The notes beneath the pieces were generated by a model. It did no database searches, had not been told where the DNA came from, and was given only the letters and a program-made list of their open reading frames with translations. The position numbers and the translations under genes were made by a program. A DNA stretch of 64,000 nt. It comes from Selaginella moellendorffii. Lineage: Eukaryota; Plantae; Lycopodiophyta. Each line of letters begins with the position of its first letter. Within the stretch, counting starts at the first letter, position 1. The stretch is from positions 675,751 through 739,750 of the forward strand of contig NW_003314339.1 in NCBI RefSeq assembly GCF_000143415.4. The letters run 5' to 3'. Shown here in pieces: positions 32,167 to 46,600 of this stretch.

Positions 32167-35100
32167 TGTAGCACACGTGGTTTTGACCTTTTATCCTATG
32201 GTGATTTACCATAGGATAACACCACGAAGAAGAACCTAATTGTGCCATGTGACAGATGCCACGTGTCACATGCCACATGTCCATGCCACATGTCCATAGG
32301 AACCCGAGGTTCAGGGCCTTGGCCACTGAATGAAGGAACGGTGCCAAACTCCCAAGCATAGAGCCGAGGAGTGACGGAACCAAACCACGGAGCAACTCTT
32401 GAGCATGAAGCCCAAGGAGCGTAGGGACAGGAGCCCAGAGTGACTTGGAACAGTCCTGGAGCAACCAGCATCCCAATGCCAAGACCAGCACGCAAAACGG
32501 AGCCAAACGGAGTCTGGCGCTATTTCGGCATACCGGTGGCCTAACGCGAGGACATGGGTACTCCACCAGCTAGCATGGAATGGAACTTGGGCTTAGACCC
32601 AAGTCGGACGCAGAACAAGGACAGGCACGCAAGCGAGAGCTAGACTATGCCTCAGGTTGGTCGGCCATGCCCGACCTACCCACTATCCCTACTATACATT
32701 TGGAACCCCCCACAGCCCCCCCCCCCCCTGAGGAACACACGCTTTGGGCTTTCACCCCAAGCCTCCCTTAGTATCAGGAGTTAGTCTCTGGGACAAGCTC
32801 GAAACTTACTAAATATGGAATGTCCCTAGATTGCGAATTTGGACATGGGACGAACACTATTGTGTTCAGAACGATCTCTACATTCCGTAGATATGCCAAA
32901 TGAGCAAATCTGGACAAATCTGGATGCTTTCCATAAATAGCATTTGGGACCGAAATGAGACTAACATAAAGGGCATGATAGCGAGGGTGTTTGGCAGACA
33001 CGGTAAGCTATCATCTAGCGATATTGAGGGACCAAGCTCAATATCGCGGGGGTTCCCAACACTAGCAAGTGCAAGCCAACATCATGAGTTTCTCATCACC
33101 GTGTCAAGTCTGCTTGACTAAATGACAACTTAGGATTTCCTTCCTTAGTGCCCTTCCGGTCTAAGTGCACATGTGATGACCAGTTTCTCAACTAGCTTAG
33201 GCGGAAACTGATAACGGGTCCAGCAATACCGACCTCCTGCCATCATGGTAGTAAGGTAAGAGTGTTCGTAAGGACTAGCCGACAGGTAACTTTCGATACC
33301 CGAAGTCACATTCGCGACACTCTCCCCCCCTAGGGAAGATCGACGTCCTCGTCGATGCATACTCGAGTCTAGAATACCGCCAAGGAAACAACTCCAGAGA
33401 AAGTTCACGGTACTCACACTATGTGAGAAATGCACCAACTTAAATGAGTTAGGGGGCAACCTCTTTGTCTAACACGGATGCGCTACCAGCTCAGACACCT
33501 TCTGGCTATCGCCGACAAGGAAATGACCAACGGAGTCAGCCACCCTTGCTGCTCTGGGAGTCACCCAACTTACAAAAGTGTGATATGCCTTGCCCACAGA
33601 GACATAGAGAGAGGAACCAGAGGCCCCAACCCTCATGAGCAAAGAAACCAAACCCGTCGGTAAGGTTTAGATAGACTACTGTAAACAGGCAGTTATAGTT
33701 GTTTACACAGTCATGCCCTTTTAACGGAATAAGGAACATCGACAGAGAGGCAAGTTATGTGACCAGTCGACAGTAGCTACCCCATGACTAGAGATTTCAA
33801 CATGCACACGAAGTGCCAAAGCCAATCTGCCTATACTGGCCCAAACTCAAAGATCAATATATGGACAATATCAAAGTCATAGACAATGATATCTTAGAGA
33901 CTTAATTATCAGTGAGGATATCTTATATTAGAACACAAAAGTATTCCAAATAAGTTATCATCCGATAAACTAGTATTATAGTATAGGAACCACCAAGATC
34001 ATCAAAATTGGTAAACATAGGATTCACCATCCAACAAAATTCAATAGCAAGTATATCATCAAGTAAACTCAATGATGAAACTTAACTACCGAAGATAGCA
34101 GATAGTAAACCAACAACTTACTAGAGATAACTCAAAGAACACAAAATATTATTGACTGACAAGCACAATGCTCGCGAATGTATCACCGAAGGAAATAACA
34201 TCCCAATCTATCAAAACTAACTCGAGCAATAGTCAACAGAACAGAATGAATGTGGCAAGACCAACAAACACGCATTTATGCCAATTATCACACTAGCTAA
34301 TCCGAATAGATCCTAGCCAACAACACCAAGGAACTCAAGCTGCCTAAGCAAGTGTCAGCAACATCCTACTGATGTCTCAAACCCAAGAGACCAATCCAAA
34401 GCAAACCACAAAGAACATGTGGTATTGCAAAAAGCCAAAAGCTATCAAAAAGAACAACTAACCATCATGAAAGACCATCAATTATCCCATCAAAAAGATA
34501 TGCCAAACCATCGTCAAAGAAATAATCTACCATTCCAAAGAACGACAAATCATTCTATACCAACAATAATCAAGCAAAATCCTTGACAAGGATAATCAAC
34601 TATCTTAGATGATAATTAATCATCACCAATGATTGCTAGATGCAAATATTAACTTCATCGAAGTTAACAAGCCAAAATGCCTTCCCCAACGACTTCTAAC
34701 AAATGGAACAACGAGCATAAAACTCAAAGAACCAAAAGCTCGAAAAAGTCTATAGCTAAGTCTTTCCTAACAATGATCACAAGTCTTGCATAAACTAACT
34801 TCAATGCTAAAGAAGAAATCATGGTACAACCCACAATATCCTCCTCAACACATTCATAAGCTAAACTTCATAATGCAAAGCTAATGAAGAGCATGTTTGC
34901 ATCAATCCAAAACCTAAGCATAACGAGGTTATGCTTGACAAGTGATCACCAAACGATCCTCCATAAATCCATCTATAGCAAGACGTAACTCACTTCATAA
35001 CAAGCACAAGAAGAATCATCAATAATCGATATATTCCAACTCAAATCCAATAAGGATTCAAACATTCTAATATCAATCACTAACTCTTCTGCTTGTAGAG

Positions 35101-35204
35101 TTAGCATAGTCCACGACTGAATCAGTTTTCAAGGAAAAGCCAAAGCTTAACACTTACTAAACAATCTCGTCTAGAACACAACTAACTCAAACTTGCCACT
35201 CAAA
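32167..35204 (-). mobile_element. Family-B LTR element: 3' LTR (32167-33319), PPT and noncoding internal region, truncated by the DNA transposon
   Basis: LTR homologous to 15518-16664; PPT (AGGGGGGGAGAG on minus) at ~33320-33333; A/C-skewed, ORF-poor interior. Confidence 0.8.
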
Positions 35205-35644
35205 GCTCTATTTCGTTAAAGTGGGAATTGTCATTATCCCACTTGTAAAATAAGGTTTCCAAACCTTTATATAGTATATAAATATAACAAAATTCAACTG
35301 CATTGAGGCACATGCCATTTTATTTTAAACAAGGAAATGTCTACTCAATCATTTCTCCTCCCCCTGCCACTGCTTCACCTCTCTCTTCTCCTTGTCATCG
35401 TCGTCCAATTTCTTTCCATCTTTTTAATATTGGCTCAGTTGCTCCGAGTCTAGGTGGAGCCCAAGTCCCCATTCAATCTTTACTTTCCCCTTATTAATAA
35501 AACAACTTCATAGACTTCCAATAACATGCTGTAACACTTCTAGTATAATGCAAATCCTTTCAAAGAATTGTCTTTTAATATTAATACAATGGCATGGAAC
35601 CCCATGCCATAATAAGTTACATTTTTAAATAAATACATGCCATC

Positions 35645-38600
35645 TCAGATTGTTATTTTTTGCCTCCAACGCTTATACAATAATCTTGGAATTTCATCAC
35701 TCTCCACACTATCAGGATTTAAACCCAATAGTAATGCCATCTCTTCTCTAATACGTCCACGCTCATGTTCAGTGGTCGAAGAACCCATCCGGTTGAGCAG
35801 ATTATGGGGATGCGGATAGTGCTTGGCTAGACAATATACATGCCATAAATGATGACTGGTGTCTGTCCGATCAAATGGCTTCTGATATACCGTTCCATCT
35901 GCCATTTGGTTGATTTCTGCAGCCACCTCCTGGACTGGCCGGTTCTCTATCACCATCGCTCCAAGCCATTTTGCAAGGTCCCCCAGAACATACGGTTTCT
36001 TCTCCCTAGTTTCCATACTGCAAGAGATGGGGTGCACTGCATATGTGTGCGTGTTTGCTGCAGTTTTAATCGGCGAGTCATCGATGATGAGGATTTCACT
36101 TGACCTAGCAGTCCGGTTCATCACTACAGCCTCTGTCTTGACGAAGATGGGCTTGCTACCCCTCACATGGACCATAGTCAAGCAATCCTCCTGCGTTAGG
36201 AGAAAGTCAAATGGTAATATTACTCGTGTCTGATCGTGCATCATCTATAGCAACGTTAATGCATTGTGGCGCATAATGGATGTCCAAACTCCCAATTGCA
36301 AATTGAACCCGGCCCTCTGTTTTAAGTGTCGCATGGTCATTATTAGATCCCACAGTTTCTCCCGTGTGATTAATGTGAATCTGTCTCTTTTGACCAACTT
36401 GCGACCGCAGGCTTTGGAGGGTGCAGTGACATTCGAGGACGAGCCACGCTCATGGGAGAAAAGGACACCGTTCAGATCAAAAACGATACAGTACCTTCGC
36501 CGTGACTCTGAAATGAAATGCGTCAGCATAAAAAATGGTACAAGTCAATTTTACCATCTACAATATTAGCGAATGGTGCTCCCGATGGTCGTTCAGAGGG
36601 TTTTGGTCGAGGAAACGTGAAGGGCGGAAATACTCTCCTCTGCAATGTGGGGTCAATCGCATCCGATGGCGTGTGGGCACATGCCATTTCAGCTGTAGAC
36701 TCTGGTACAACTGGCTCAACAGTGGCATGGGGTGGTTCCGATGGCGTGTGATCACACGCCATTTCAGCTGGTGCCTCCGTTGGCAAAGTGGACATGACCG
36801 AACAGGCAGCAGGGGCGGTGTAGAGAGGTTCCAATTGCGCGTAGTCAGACGATTGGGCACACGTTGAGTCCGTTGGAAATGAGGATACGACCGGCTCGGC
36901 AGCTGGGGCGGCCTCATGCGGGTCCAATGGCGCCTGGTCACCGTCAGTTGGATACATGGACAAGATTGACTCAATGGTATGGGCAGCATCAAGTGGAGCG
37001 TGGTCAGCTTGCTTGGCGTTGATATGGATAGTAGCCTCCACCAGCTCTGATGACTCTTGCAGGCAAGTAGAGTCCACTGGCGGATCCATATGCATGTCCA
37101 AATATCTCCCTTCGATTGAGATGGTATCCTCCCTACTGGCTACTAAAAACAAACTCATTAGCACATTGAATCGACTATACTGTATTTACCATCAACTGCT
37201 ATTGAGGAACTAGGACCGATATCACTTGGGCGCACTGCTGATTCTGAAGGATTGGACATACGTTTCGACCCTTGCTTGGCACTATCCTTCCTCGACACTA
37301 AAGGCTAGAGTTTGTATCTTAATTCAACTGAATAATCTCTACTTACCATTTGCTTTGCAACCTACATAGACAATGTTAGAAATGGTAAAAGGTTAGGAAT
37401 GGATGTACTATTATTTACCTGATGGTTTGTCTTGTATGACCTTCCTCTGCTGCTCTTTGGTGTGAGACACAAAATCCCTAGGCCCCAAAGTGGAGCCAGA
37501 AGGGCGCCACATGGTAGTGGCCGAAGCGAGAGCCAAACGAGCGTAACACGTTTGGACCAAAAGCTCCAACTTGAAAAGTCAAGAGCGGGAGTGGAACTCC
37601 CAATGAAGTGCTCGAGGAACGAGCACGAAGCGAGCAAAAGGCGAGGCTCCAAAAAGGGACCCAAAAGGACCAACACATGACACGTGGGAGTGTCCGAGAT
37701 GGACTCGAGTTGGAGTCCGAAGTGGAGTCCGAGATGGACCCGAGATGGAGTCCGAGATGGAGTCCGAAGTGGAGTCCGAGATGGAGTCCGAAGTGGAGTC
37801 CGAGGTGGACCCGAGATGGACCCGAGTTGGAGTCCGAAGTGGAGTCCGAGATGGACCCGAGATGGAGTCTGAGATGGAGTTCGAGATGGAGTCCGAGGTG
37901 GACCCGAGATGGACCCGAAATGGAGTCCGAGATGGAGTCCGAAATGGACCCGAGATGGAGTCCGAGATGGAGTCCGAGATGGACCCAAGATGGACCCTAG
38001 ATGGAGTCCGAGATGGAGTCCGAGATGGACCCGAGATGGAGTCCGAGATGGAGTCCGAGATGGACCCGAGATGGACCCCAGATGGAGTCCGAGATGGAGT
38101 CCGAGATGGAGTCCGAGATGGAGTCTGAAGTCGAGACCGAGACCGGGACCGAGACCGGGACCGAGACCGAGACCGAGACCGAGACCAAGACCGGGACCGA
38201 GACCGAGACCGAGATCGGGACCGAGACCGAGACCGAGGCCGAGGCCGAGACCGAGCCCGAGCCCGAGTTCGAGTCCGAATCCGAGTCCGAGTCCGAGTCC
38301 GAGTCCGAGTCCGAGTCCGGAGCCTGAGAGGGTGAAAGCCCAACAGAAGCTGGGGGGTTTGGTGAGCTCCAAAAGTATAGTGGGGGGAGGACTGCAATGG
38401 AGCCAGTTTGGCCAGGAAAGGCCAATTTGGCCCAGGAAGGCCGGACCCAGTGTTGGGTGATGAGCTGCCCACTGGGAAGTCCAAGACTAGAGTGAACACG
38501 GACCGACAAGTGGGGTGGCTTGGTGAAGTGTTCAAGAGCCGGCTCTAGTTCCCCCGGGAGATTGACTGGCCGATGCTCCCAGTCCAAGTGTGGGTGGCAC

Positions 38601-41600
38601 TACCTACTTGGATACCTGGTGTGGCTCAACGGAACCCGCTCTAAGCCCATGGCTAGAGCACCCAAGGGCAGAAGGCGAGGAGAGTACCCAGGTGGCTCGC
38701 GTAAGGCCACGGTGTTTCGAAATGTTGTCCCAAAGGCCCAGACTGTGGAAAGGAAGAGGAGCAGTCCTCTGGGGTAGTGACCAAGGACACAGTCGTGTGG
38801 TGAGGAAGTCCTAGAGGACCGTGGGACTTAGTGGTCGGGCCTGTGGGTCTCGATCCAGTGGCAGTGTTGGCAAACACGGCCAAGGGCAGAAAGGGACTTA
38901 GTGGGGACTGACAGAGGGATATTGGGGAAGGCTATTCCCCTTGTCGGTGGGCATCCTAAGGATGCTAAGGAGTGGATCTGAGATGACCACTCACGGATGG
39001 TTTGCCTAGTCTTGGAGAGCCAAGACGGTGATGCAAGTGGTATTGGACTACCTGTGTGGCAAAGGTGATTGGGCATGGCCTTAGCGTAACGGGCTGCTAT
39101 GTCGGTGGTACCTTTGAGTGTCGGTCATGGGATCGGACACGTGGAGCACTTGGACCGAGTGCAAATGTTGAGTGGCATGGATGCCATTCTCGGGGCTAGC
39201 AAGTCCCAAGTCCTGGATTGGACTCATGGAGGTTGTGAATGAGACTCCTTCAAGTGGTCAGAGATGTGGTTAAGTGACTAAAGTAGAATGGAAAAATTAG
39301 TCTGTTACAACTTGGTATCGGAGCTGTTCCTTAGTCCGACTTTTATTGGTGCTCAAGTATATCACCATTGATATTGGCATCGGAAGGTCCTAGGAGTGGG
39401 CCTATCCTTGAGGAGTAGCATGTCGAGAGGACATGGCTCTCCACTCAAGTTCATGCATGAACTTGGGCGCGATGTGGTGGATAGAAAAGGGGCCAGTAAG
39501 GGAACGACTTTGGGATTTTGGGAATAGTATATGGTTTTCCTCAGAGAGTTGAGGATGTGACCTAGATGAGCGTTTGACTTATCAAATTGGCTAATGTAGT
39601 TGTGGTAAACAACTACAATTGGGATCACGGGAAAGATAAAGACTCCAAAGCAATAAAGGAGTCACAAGATTTTCCTCATATAGTTGAGGTTGGTGCTCAT
39701 GAATGTGAGACCAGAAGTAATGACCGTGGGAGGTCAAATACGGAAGAGGACTCAAGTCCTTGAAAAGGTAGCCGGGGCTACCTCTAATAAATGCTGGAAC
39801 AACCCAAGGAGTTGGGGGTGTATTAAGTGGATGAGTTGGTGTTCTCATCACATGGACAAGTAGTCCTAAGGGGCAAAGGTTGCCCCCAGAGAACAAAATC
39901 AAGTGTCGGAGTAACACTTGTGAAAATAGTCCTTTTGAGTAGGACAGGAATGCAAGAAGTGTATTCCAGTGAGCTAGTGCCTCACAAGTAGAACCTTACG
40001 GGTCTGTGGATTAACCAAGTCCAAAACTGATGGATGACTCAAGTAGAGTCAACGGATGGTCCTAAAAGGACTGATGGAAGCATTTGAACTGAGGTGTGTT
40101 GTACCCCACAAAGGATGGGGGGGGATCATAGGATCCAAGGATGAGAACAGAGGGTATCTCATCGATGGCAAAATGGGCCATGCTAAAGTTATGGGAAAGG
40201 TGTTCCTAGAAGAAAACAACTTTGACATAAAGTTGTGTGTGACCTCTATGGTGCAGTGCTAACGGATGGTTGGCATGAGAAAGAGCGGTGTTGGTCTTGG
40301 CAAAGACTTAGACACGAAGGGGAAATGTCATAGAGGTAGGGTCGTGGAGCCGATGGTGTGGAGACACCAAATGTGCCAAGGTGTGATACCTTGAGGCTAT
40401 GTTGGTGGGTTCATGAGAACCCCTTGCCAAAGGAATCCCAATGGAAATGGGAATAGCATAGCCTAAGCTGCAGAGCATGCAGTTGGAGTGTGGTGACCTA
40501 GATAATGATGGAGGTGTGAAAGCACCAAGCAATGAGTTGTAGGACTTGACAACTATGAGGCAACTAAGCAAGAGGTGCAAAATAACTGGTTAAACGGGTA
40601 GAAGGTAGCTACCCAAGACTTCTTAATAGCATAGGGAAGTTAGATATACCCTTACGGGGGATAAGTTGTTTGTGTTGCGATATAGTAAGTCAATGTCATA
40701 AAAGGAAATACTCATTGTCAAGAAAGCCATCATTGGGACACCCGAACACTTTAGAACACCAGAAGGTGGTGTTTGATGTCGCGAGGGCAATGGATAAAGC
40801 CCAAGGGACTAAGTCCCTAGCGAATGATGAATAGAAGGTGCTATCCAAATGTCCAAGGTTGCGGAGACAAGAGAGGACTGTCTACCCGAGTTGGACAAAG
40901 CCAAAAATGGAATTTTGGCAAGGCTAGTGATGGGCATGTAAAGGCCCATAAGCAACAATGTAATCCCAGTGTGTGGGATTATAAGGTGAGCATACCCGGA
41001 TTGAGGAACCACTCCCTAGGCTATTGGGTAGGTTCATCCTTAAGAATACTTGCTAAAGCATGATAGAAAGTGCAAAGCTATCCTCTTGGTCTGGAGGAGA
41101 ATGACCAAAGGAAATGTGTGAAGCCAAAAAGCAAGAAGTAAGGGGATAGAACCGAACCATAGGAATCAAAGTGCATAACCAAGGTTGGTTATGTCAGCTG
41201 GGAGTGGAGAATCAAGTGGGGGCTTGAGGGTGTTGCCGCTAGCAACCGTGATGCCATGGAGAGTCTAAAATATGGAATTGTCCATGTTAGACTATGTGGC
41301 ATTTGGAAGGCTTGCAAAAAGGGAGGCCTTAGCAAGCTGAGGGACAGAGTTCCTTCAAGGTTCCCAAAGACGATTCTAGGTAGCTTAGTACCTAGAAAGG
41401 CCAAGTGTAAATGGTTCATGGAACGCGCGAAATCAGAGTGGCGCAGCAGAATCGTGGTCTTGAAGCTTGCCATGAGGCAAGGCTATCAAGGTTAGGGAAG
41501 TAGTTCCTGAGTGTTCAAAGAGAGGGTTTTGAACGAAAGTCGATGGTCAAGGACTTTCACGCTTATGCAGGAACCATGTTACAGTGGTCGGAGGACTTGC

Positions 41601-43587
41601 CAAGCGAGATTGGCACGTCGGGGGAACAAATACCCTAGTTGAAGGTGATAACTTCAAAAAGGGTGGGCCATGGGGCCGAGCATGGAGGAGTCCATGCATG
41701 ATCACAAACATGTCAAGTGAGAGGATTTGGCAGTGTGGAGGAACTAGGTTCCTAAGCTGTGATCTGTAGCGTGCTTTAAAAATAAGTTGGTGCACCGGCG
41801 TGGGGAGTCACGCCAGGCATCTTGTGTGATGCCATCCGTAGATGCATATACGGAGGTTGGGTTCGAGTCCCGACCCTCTAGTGCTTGGGTTCGAGTCCCA
41901 AATCACTAGGGCGTGGTGATGGTTTGGAATATGAGGACACTCATATTTCGGTGGTCATGGACTCTCAGTGGGGAGACTGGTTTGGGCACACCGCCAAGCG
42001 AGGGATGCCTCGGAGTCGTGATGCACGGTTAGATTGCTTAGTGTGAAAGCTCGGCATATCTAACTTGAACGCTTTGGTGCGAGTGGCACCAAGGACGTGG
42101 TGAGTGAGATGGGGACACCTAATCTCAGTTGCTATGGACCCTTGGCCGGAAGGGCTGGCTTGGGCGCACCGCCAAGTGTGGGGGATGCCCCCGGGGTCGT
42201 AGTTAACAAATTAAAGGTCTGGAAGACCTAGTATCTATTGGCAAACCTGTTAAGGTGCCGAGGTGAGATCACTAGGTGATCTTGTGGCTAAATAAGGACA
42301 AGGTCCTTGTTTGGGTTAAGGAATAAGGTTCCTAGTTCAAAGTGTTGATTTCAACTATTGATGATGGTGTGGCTTGGTCAAGGTGACCAAGTGGGAAAAG
42401 CACCCTAGGGAAATGAGCTATATCATTGCGATGGCATAGTGTGTCCAAGGAAAGTAGTCTCTAAAGAGACCCATGGGAGGGTCACAAAGTTGGGCCGTGG
42501 ATAGAGCCCACAGCAGAAGATGCTAAAGAGACTTAGTAGGGGCGAACACCCTAGTCTTGGCAAAGCAAAGCCTTTGCTATGGAATCACAAGAATACCTCA
42601 AGGAGGGAGGTAGAGATTCGATGTTGCTTGGTGCAACAATCAACGGATAGGAGCAAAAGATGAGTGGCCAAGATAGGGCCGTGGAATCCCTTGGAAGGAA
42701 TCCAAGTGACAAAGTTAGGCGAGGAACACTAATGTGTTGGACGCTAATAAATTCCGGAAAAGGAAGTGTGTTTCCAAGGATGAATTCCGAATTGCTCTGA
42801 TTTGGCGAAAGTGGAAGCTCCAAGGGAGGGAGCGGTAAGGTAGCCAAATGATAGGGCCATGGACAGCCCTAGCACAAAGTATGATAAATGGAACTTAGAG
42901 CCCAAGGTGGCACGAAATAGAAGAGAGGATGATGGTGCCCTCAAATAATGAGCTTCCTAGGATGGGGAAGTGGAGTTGCACAATCTGTGCAATGCAAGGT
43001 GTTGGAGACACCTAGGAAATTGACTTCCAAAAGTCAAAAGAGTAAAAGTTCCAAGGTGCAAACGTTCAATAGATGGAAATTGAGACTACTCGAGAAGGAG
43101 TAGTGGGATTGACTTAGAGAAGGGTCTCTAAGAAGTTTAGCGAGAACTAAACCAATAAAAGGAGAGAACCACTATATGTGGTCCAATCAGTCTCTAAGTT
43201 GGAGAGACTACCCTCCTTAGAGGATAGGCAAGGCATGGTGAGCCTTTGGTGTTAAACCATTGAGGCATATGCAAAAGGCATGGTGAGCCTTCAATGTCAA
43301 ACCATTGACGAATATGGAGAAGGCATGGTGAGCCTTCAATGTCAAACCATGGAGTCCGAGATGGAGTCCGAAATGGACCCGAGATGGAGTCCGAGATGGA
43401 GTCCGAGATGGACCCGAGATGGACCCCAGATGGAGTCCGAGATGGAGTCCAAGATGGACCCGAGATGGAGTCCGAGATGGAGTCCGAGATGGACCCGAGA
43501 TGGACCCCAGATGGAGTCCGAGATGGAGTCCGAGATGGAGTCCGAGATGGAGTCCGAAGTCGAGACCGAGACCGGGACCGAGACCGG

Positions 43588-43622
<35 letters not shown>

Positions 43623-46600
43623 GGACCGAGACCGAGACCAAAGCCGAGGCCGAGACCGAGCCCGAGCCCGAGTTCGAGTCCGAGTCCGAGTCCGAGTCCG
43701 AGTCCGAGTCCGGAGCCTGAGAGGGTGAAAGCCCAAAGCGTTTGTCTCCTAGACCCTGGGGGGTTTGGTGAGCTCCAAAAGTATAGTGGGGGGAGGACTG
43801 CAGTGGAGCCAGTTTGGCCAGGAAAGGCCAGTTTGGCCCAGGAAGGCCGGACCCAGTGTTGGGTGATGAGCTGCCCACTGGGAAGTCCAAGACTAGAGTG
43901 AACACGGACCGACAAGTGGGGTAACTTGGTGAAGTGTTCAAGAGCTGGCTCTAGTTCCCCCGGGAGATTGACTGGCCGATGCTCCCAGTCCAAGTGTGGG
44001 TGGCACTACCTACTTGGATACCTGGTGTGGCTCAACGGAACCTGCTCTAAGCCCATGGCTAGAGCACCCAAGGGCAGAAGGCGAGGAGAGTACCCAGGTG
44101 GCTCGCGTAAGGCCACGGTGTTTCGAAATGTTGTCCCAAAGGCCCAGACTGTGGAAAGGAAGAGGAGCAGTCCTCTGGGGTAGTGACCAAGGACACAGTC
44201 GTGTGGTGAGGAAGTCCCAGAGGACCGTGGGACTTAGTGGTCGGGCCTGTGGGTCTTGATCCAGTGGCAGTGTTGGCAAACACGGCCAGGGGCAGAAAGG
44301 GACTTAGTGGGGACTGACAGAGGGATATTGGGGAAGGCTATTCCCCTTGTCGGTGGGCATCCTAAGGATGCTAAGGAGTGGATCTGAGATGACCACTCAC
44401 GGATGGTTTGCCTAGTCTTGGAGAGCCAAGACGGTGATGCAAGTGGTATTGGACTACCTGTGTGGCAAAGGTGATTGGGCATGGCCTTAGCGTAACGGGC
44501 TGCTATGTCAGTGGTACCTTTGAGTGTCGGTCATGGGATCGGACACGTGGAGCACTTGGACCGAGTGCAAATGTTGAGTGGCATGGATGCCATTCTCGGG
44601 GCTAGCAAGTCCCAAGTCCTGGATTGGACTCATGGAGGTTGTGAATGAGACTCCTCCAAGTGGTCAGAGATGTGGTTAAATGACTAAAGTAGAATGGAAA
44701 AATTAGTCTGTTACATTTGGCCACCTCAGGCTGGCCATCGTCGTCATCATCGTCATCGTCGTTATTGTGATCGTCACCATTGTGAGGACCATCCAAGTCC
44801 TCTTCATCCTCCTCTTCTTCGTCCTCCTCTTCTTTGTCCTCCTCTTCGTCCTTCTGCTCTTCCTGCTCATTAACTTTCTCTGGCTCCTCATCCCCCTCAT
44901 GCATTTCTTCCATAGGCTGCTCAGGCTGGATGGCTTGTTCTTCCAGGACCATCTTGGGAAAATCATCTGGCCGAGTCTCCATCTCAAAATACAAGACATC
45001 CATAGCCTATTTTAGTGCGTGACCTAGGACCGTATCCTCACCCGACTGTCTTAACATGGTTTCTGCACGTTCTTGCACCCTTCGAAGACGACGAGATGAG
45101 AAAAACGTGGCCCTGACTTGAAAAGCATCCCTCATCCATTGTACCTCTCCATTGAGATTGGGGAAGGGGAGTCCGCCATAGGAATCTGAGTCAGGAGGTG
45201 GTGACTGGCTGCTTTCACTCAGCCCTTGATCTGCAATGAATGGCATGAGCACACACACCATAACCGCGAGGCATTACCTATCATCTTTTCGTTGCCCTTC
45301 TTCCTTTTCGAATCAAACGCCTCTGATCCCGACGACTGTCCAACGTGCTTTCGCTTTTTATGACCACTGTCAGTTTGAGCTTGGCTGGTGCTTGCCTGTT
45401 TTGCCTTTGAAGAAGTGTCTCCTGCAAGGAATGGCATGAGACCACACGCCATTGCAAATATAATTTGTACCTCCTTTTTTCCTATTGCTTGTCTGTTTGT
45501 CCTTTTTCGACGCGCCACCAGTGCGCTTTTCAGTCCTCGTGTCTGAATATTCACAACGATCTATAATCAAAATGGCGTGAGGCCTCACGTGACCTTACCT
45601 TGTGCAGGTTGTGCGCTCGGCCCAACATGGGTATCTTCAACAGTAGCTGTTAACGCCGTTTCAGCAACTGAGGGTGGCCACGCTCCTGCATACAGAGCTT
45701 GTGAGATAACATTTAAACTTAAAATGCGTACTCACTAGGTTCGCAAAGAAGATACTGTTTTTCTTTGGCAACTGTAATTATATGCTCCATTGAAGTCACC
45801 TCTTCAATGGAGTTTGTCACCGCAACACACGGGACACCCTTGAGTAGTGCGGCTCGAAAGAATAGTCCGCCGCAGTTGTACTCGACAACGCATTTGCCCT
45901 TGGAGTCGGAAGCAGATGACCCACCCGCTATTGCGTTGAAGACCCAGCTGAGCATTTCCCATGCTGCACCTGGAGCTTTCTCTGGATTCGAAAGCTCCAT
46001 AGCCATCTTCAGTTCCTCAGGCACGGGTAAATTGACCTCCCTCAGATCAATTCGATCGGGCTTGTCGAACGAAGCTGGGAAGTCACTCCAGTCCCACTCT
46101 GCTGCAGGACCAATAACAAGGGCGAGTGTGAAGATGCGGACATTCGTCGGTATCTTCTTCTTAGCCATTATCCCATGGATCTCCTGCATCTCCTTGCCTT
46201 TCAACCGAGCCTTCACCTCGTTCAAGGCCTTCTAGAACTTGTGATAGGATTCGGAGTCGTAGATCATATAGTGGACTGAAGATTCCACCTCCACAAGTCC
46301 CACCATTAACTCAATGATGGAGCTGACTTCGTCTGCATGAGTGATCTCCTCGTTTGTGAAGTCCATCACACAAAAAATGTTCTTGACCTGCTCATCTCCA
46401 CGGGAAATGATGCTCCTCCACCTTTGATCCTCATCCGAATTCACGTATACCCGGTAAAGTTCTCGATAGGCCTCTGCTGCGGGGTTGAGCTGTTTCTGAA
46501 GCCGGCGGTCGACATCCCTCTTAATGAAATTTGGATACTGATCCAACTTCTCAGCTTTACTTTTCATGGCATCCCGCAGCAGATCGATGAACTTGGGGGC

